DNA from: Promethearchaeota archaeon
Lineage (GTDB): Archaea; Asgardarchaeota; Lokiarchaeia; Sigyniarchaeales; SOKP01
DNA length: 18,338 nucleotides
NCBI GenBank assembly: GCA_018238625.1
Contig: JABCSY010000083.1
Coordinates: 1 to 18,338, forward strand
Direction of reading: 5' to 3'
Below the pieces are notes generated by a model that was not told the origin of the DNA, searched no databases, and saw only the letters and a list, made by a program, of their open reading frames with translations. Each line of letters begins with the position of its first letter. Within the stretch, counting starts at the first letter, position 1. A program made the translations under genes and the position numbers. This document shows, one piece after another, positions 14,898-18,338 of the stretch.

Positions 14898-17339
14898 ATG
14901 AAAATTAAGAAATATTTTATAGTGTTAATCATTTTTTCGCTATTGCTAACCATTTCGTTGATAAATATTGATAGAAATATAGATTCGTGGCCAGCTAACG
15001 ATAAAATTCATCTTTCGAGCAAACCGATGCAACAAGTACTTTTTAAGGTTGGTGTGACCTCCGTTCCTTCTGATATCGATCCACACTACATGTGGAGTAT
15101 GAGCCCCTTTTATTTTATAGACCAAGTTTGCGAAGGATTATTTGCCTACAACCTGAGCGATCCCGATAATTCGATTATTCCTAACCTTGCACTCTCGGGA
15201 ACTTGGAATCTTGCGGGAACGGAGTATACGTGTATCCTTAGGCAAGGAGTTACTTTCCACGATGGAGCTCCTTTTAACGCAGACGCAGTTAATTTTACAT
15301 GGAGTCGACTGAATTGGGCGCTAAATGTAACTGGAACAAATACTGATGATGTCTCTCAATTCCACGAATTATACGAGCTTCCAGACGGAAGACCTATAGT
15401 ATCGAGTATAACTAAAAATAACGATTATAACGTTACATTTGTCTTAAACGACCCTTATGTACCGTTCGAAGCGTTATTATGTTTCAGTGGTTCTTACATG
15501 TTATCTCCTTCCTCAACTCCTGCAACTGCTTACATTGATATAGCCACCGGAGATCTCGTTGGAACGGGTCCTTTCGTCTACGATAATTATACATTAAATG
15601 TAGAAGTTAATTTCCACGCTTTTGATAACTACTGGAAAGGAAAAGCGAATATAACCGCGATGAGATTCCAAATTATTAGTAATTCAGACGCGTTACATGC
15701 GGCGTTATTAGCGGGTGATGTTCACTTTATAAGTGCTACTAAATCTTCGTGGTATTCAGCAATTAAGTCTTCTCCTAATATTACATTTTTAAATACTAGT
15801 ACTACAAAAACTGAAGTTTGGTATTTAGGGATGAATAACGAGCTTCTTAATACCACTTGGAGAGAAGCCATCGCATATGCGATCGATTATGATTATATAG
15901 TCGATGTCTTAAGAGAAGGTAACGCTGTAAAAATGGAATCACCGATTCCAGAGGGTATCATGTATGCCAACTGGACATTCGATGAAGCTGTATTAAATGT
16001 TTCATATGCTCGTGAGATCATGCAATCTATGGGTTTTGGTGTTGGATTAAATGTAACTGTGAATGGTCCTGACGAATCGGTTTGGCAAGCGTCCACATTC
16101 TTATCCGTTAACTATTCTTATAACATTGGAAACTCATTCCGAGAAGATGTCTTAGTCTTATTACAAAATAATCTTAACAAAATCGGAATTGTTGTAGAAG
16201 ATGCCGGTATGTCATATACGGATTTTTTAAATAGACTTTTTGAAAAAGACGGTCTGCACAGAAACATGCTTCAACTCTACTGGATTGGATGGGGTATGGA
16301 CTATAACGACCCAAGCAATTTCATTAACATGTTATTTACAAATAGATCAAGTGCATATAATTTTGCTCAATATGATGGATACCAAGCAGCGATTGAAGCG
16401 GGAAGGAATCCTTTAGATGTGAACGATAACGTACAGCTTTTAATGGAAGCAACACTTTCAGAATTAGATCCCGTGGTAAGAGAAGCTCTTTATGATAGGA
16501 TTCAAGAACTTCTTATCGAAGAAGATCGTCCATGGGCGTGGGGTTATGTTCCATATGTTTATCACGCGTATGACCAGCATTTAACCGGTTTTCAACAAAA
16601 CGCTATGAACAAATTCTACTTCTACCCATGCGAATGGAATTCGTTTCCAGTTTTACCTGGACTATTTAGCATACTTTCCGATGCCGACGATCCGGATACT
16701 GACGGGAATTTTAATGTTACATGGTCACCGTCAGCTTACGCGGATAATTATTCACTATATGTATCTTCCAGCGTAATAACGGTAATTAATGAGGATGTAA
16801 CAGTTCTATTGAATGAAGTTACAGATTTATCTTACGAAGCAAGTGGATATTCATACGGAACTTATTATTTTCTAGTAGTGGCGGAGAATGGAAATGGCAA
16901 TACAACCTCGAGCAATTTAATGGTAAATGTTGAAACTCCGATACCTGAACCCTTTACGTTATCTTCGGACGCTGAAAGTCCTGACGCGAACGGAAACTTC
17001 ACTCTTACTTGGACTCCTTCAAACCTTGCGGATAATTATTCTCTGTACGTCTCTTCTAGTTTAATTACCGAAATTACTGGTAGTTTAACTTTACTTCTTG
17101 ACGAAGCTACCGATCTTTCTTACGACGCAAGTGGATATTCAGACGGAACTTATTATTTTGTTGTAGTAGCGAAAAACGCATATGGTACGACATTGTCCAA
17201 CAATATTGAAGTTGTTGTCGAAATAGAAGAACTAGTACCAGCTCCGCTGATCCCTGGGTTTGAAATGTGGACGATGTTCTTCGCGATTAGCTCAGTTGGT
17301 TTAATTATACTGTTAAGAAAGAAGAAGAAAATTACCTAA
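14898..17339 (+). CDS. Family 5 (DppA/OppA-like) ABC solute-binding protein with two FN3-like domains and a C-terminal IPGF-TM-basic anchor
   Basis: ATG at 14898 preferred over TTG 14871 (gives signal-like MKIKKYFIVLIIFSLLL). LRQGVTFHDGAPFNADAV, VGTGPF, REAIAYAIDY, GWGMDYNDP. Ends IPGFEMWTMFFAISSVGLIILLRKKKKIT. Confidence 0.93.
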   Translation: MKIKKYFIVLIIFSLLLTISLINIDRNIDSWPANDKIHLSSKPMQQVLFKVGVTSVPSDIDPHYMWSMSPFYFIDQVCEGLFAYNLSDPDNSIIPNLALSGTWNLAGTEYTCILRQGVTFHDGAPFNADAVNFTWSRLNWALNVTGTNTDDVSQFHELYELPDGRPIVSSITKNNDYNVTFVLNDPYVPFEALLCFSGSYMLSPSSTPATAYIDIATGDLVGTGPFVYDNYTLNVEVNFHAFDNYWKGKANITAMRFQIISNSDALHAALLAGDVHFISATKSSWYSAIKSSPNITFLNTSTTKTEVWYLGMNNELLNTTWREAIAYAIDYDYIVDVLREGNAVKMESPIPEGIMYANWTFDEAVLNVSYAREIMQSMGFGVGLNVTVNGPDESVWQASTFLSVNYSYNIGNSFREDVLVLLQNNLNKIGIVVEDAGMSYTDFLNRLFEKDGLHRNMLQLYWIGWGMDYNDPSNFINMLFTNRSSAYNFAQYDGYQAAIEAGRNPLDVNDNVQLLMEATLSELDPVVREALYDRIQELLIEEDRPWAWGYVPYVYHAYDQHLTGFQQNAMNKFYFYPCEWNSFPVLPGLFSILSDADDPDTDGNFNVTWSPSAYADNYSLYVSSSVITVINEDVTVLLNEVTDLSYEASGYSYGTYYFLVVAENGNGNTTSSNLMVNVETPIPEPFTLSSDAESPDANGNFTLTWTPSNLADNYSLYVSSSLITEITGSLTLLLDEATDLSYDASGYSDGTYYFVVVAKNAYGTTLSNNIEVVVEIEELVPAPLIPGFEMWTMFFAISSVGLIILLRKKKKIT
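16656..17226 (+). repeat. Tandem 96-aa (288-nt period) FN3/Ig-like domain duplication
   Basis: PGLFSILSDADDPDTDGNFNVTWSPSAYADNYSLYVSSS...GTYYFLVVAENGNG versus PEPFTLSSDAESPDANGNFTLTWTPSNLADNYSLYVSSS...GTYYFVVVAKNAYG; units start at 16656 and 16944. Confidence 0.9.
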
Positions 17340-17346
17340 TAACCCA

Positions 17347-17368
17347 TTTTTTTTTTATTCATTTTTTC
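17347..17368 (+). terminator. Archaeal oligo-T terminator
   Basis: T10 run followed by a T6 run just after the stop at 17339, in a convergent intergenic gap. Confidence 0.55.
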
Positions 17369-17419
17369 TATAATATTGCTACATTTAATTAATTATAAAA
17401 CGATTAGATAAAGATAGCT

Positions 17420-18338
17420 CTAAGCTATCTTTCTCAATACCTCTTTCTCAATAGTTATATCATAAGAATCGTAAAAAATTGAATAGTATTTTTGGTAAAA
17501 TTCTTTTTTCTTTGTTAAAACCAATTTAGAATCGTCCTTTTCTGCTTTTCCCGAAGCCCAAAATATTTTTCCTGAACCGCCCATATTAAAATTCTCTTGG
17601 TTTTTTATAATTTCTCCTGATTTTATCACGAATTCTATGTTTTCAAGCGCTTTCTTTAAAGTTTTAACATCTTTCAAAACATCGACATCGTTTAAGTTCA
17701 AATTCAAAACATTAAGGTCACCATCAGCCCCTAAACCTAAATTACCTTTTATGCTTCCAATACCTAGCGATTTTGCTGGGCTCGAACGAGTTAGAATTAC
17801 AAAGTCGTTAAAAGTTAGTACATTGTCATTACTGACTAGAGAATTATCTTTTAAAAAGCCGGCATCCATATCTTTCATAAAACTTTCACGAGCTTTGTTG
17901 CTCAACAACCAAGTTGCGATTTCAGGAACTTTAGTTATATTTGCATAGTTCGGGTAGTTGACTGAGAATTGCATTTGCCACGGGGAAATATTTAACGCTA
18001 AATAAATAGCGTTTGCCCACAAAATACAATCGCTTCCCTTTTTTTTACTAAATTTTCTTAGAGTTACAAATGAATCTCCCTCTGATTCTACTGATGATTT
18101 AATTAGTTTATACGCGTTTTCCGAATTTATTAGGTTATTTACCAAATGACGGTCGGATGTAATTAACGGATTCAGCTCATCAAACCCTATAAAACCTAAG
18201 TCCATGTCAAAATCGTTGTTCTCGTTGTAAAATTTAATCAATTCTGAGTTTTCTCCGTCAAAATTATAAGCTGAAGCGTGTGCAAGGTGAAATATTTGAG
18301 ACCGTTTAAATTCAAGGGAGTTATTTGTGCTAGGCTTT
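17420..18338 (-). CDS. fwdA: Formylmethanofuran dehydrogenase subunit A-like amidohydrolase, divergent, 5' partial
   Basis: The frame stays open to the window edge (KPSTNNSLEFKRSQIFHLAHASAYNFDGENSEL...). LWANAIYLAL-PW, PEIATWLLS, LTRSSPAKSLG, KGNLGLGADGDL and VIKSGEII follow the FwdA C-terminal pattern. Confidence 0.75.
   Translation of the reverse strand, partial: KPSTNNSLEFKRSQIFHLAHASAYNFDGENSELIKFYNENNDFDMDLGFIGFDELNPLITSDRHLVNNLINSENAYKLIKSSVESEGDSFVTLRKFSKKKGSDCILWANAIYLALNISPWQMQFSVNYPNYANITKVPEIATWLLSNKARESFMKDMDAGFLKDNSLVSNDNVLTFNDFVILTRSSPAKSLGIGSIKGNLGLGADGDLNVLNLNLNDVDVLKDVKTLKKALENIEFVIKSGEIIKNQENFNMGGSGKIFWASGKAEKDDSKLVLTKKKEFYQKYYSIFYDSYDITIEKEVLRKIA

Noticed and set aside
4400-17948. 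ORFs 4400..4609, 6388..6588, 10940..11158, 11690..11935, 13801..14013, 15893..16096 and 17637..17948
   Set aside because: Antisense or off-frame overlaps of well-supported genes.
1-18338. CRISPR arrays, tRNA/rRNA genes, transposases or integrases
   Set aside because: No regularly spaced repeats, structured RNA-like segments or recombinase motifs seen by eye; a covariance-model search was not possible.

Overview
Two sequences of different origin appear joined at ~1250. Bases 1-1249 are GC-rich (38/60 G+C in bases 1-60, 28/60 in 1141-1200) and encode a 5'-truncated bacterial-type class II lysyl-tRNA synthetase on the minus strand, missed by the ORF track. Bases ~1250-18338 are AT-rich (14/60 in 1261-1320, 7/60 in 1321-1380) and look archaeal, most like Asgard/Lokiarchaeia by inference from an IPGF-TM-basic-tail surface protein, an FwdA-like gene and oligo-T terminators. 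The main finding is a minus-strand cluster (~2377-7423): a radical SAM/SPASM enzyme resembling the PlpX-type peptide maturases, four paralogous 82-89 aa peptides (conserved GKELGLxKKEI N-motif, variable hydrophobic core, conserved YxxGxxYSTVxIKDF C-motif), a coupled methyltransferase-TPR gene and two membrane proteins. This is a candidate uncharacterised archaeal RiPP-like or peptide-modification system. The rest holds an MBL hydrolase, a large membrane protein with a degenerate CPBP domain, an MscL whose bundle-like helix sits at the N-terminus, a MoxR/VWA pair, a family-5 solute-binding protein with a duplicated upstream operator-like element, and a divergent FwdA paralog. All family calls come from motif recognition, not database searches.
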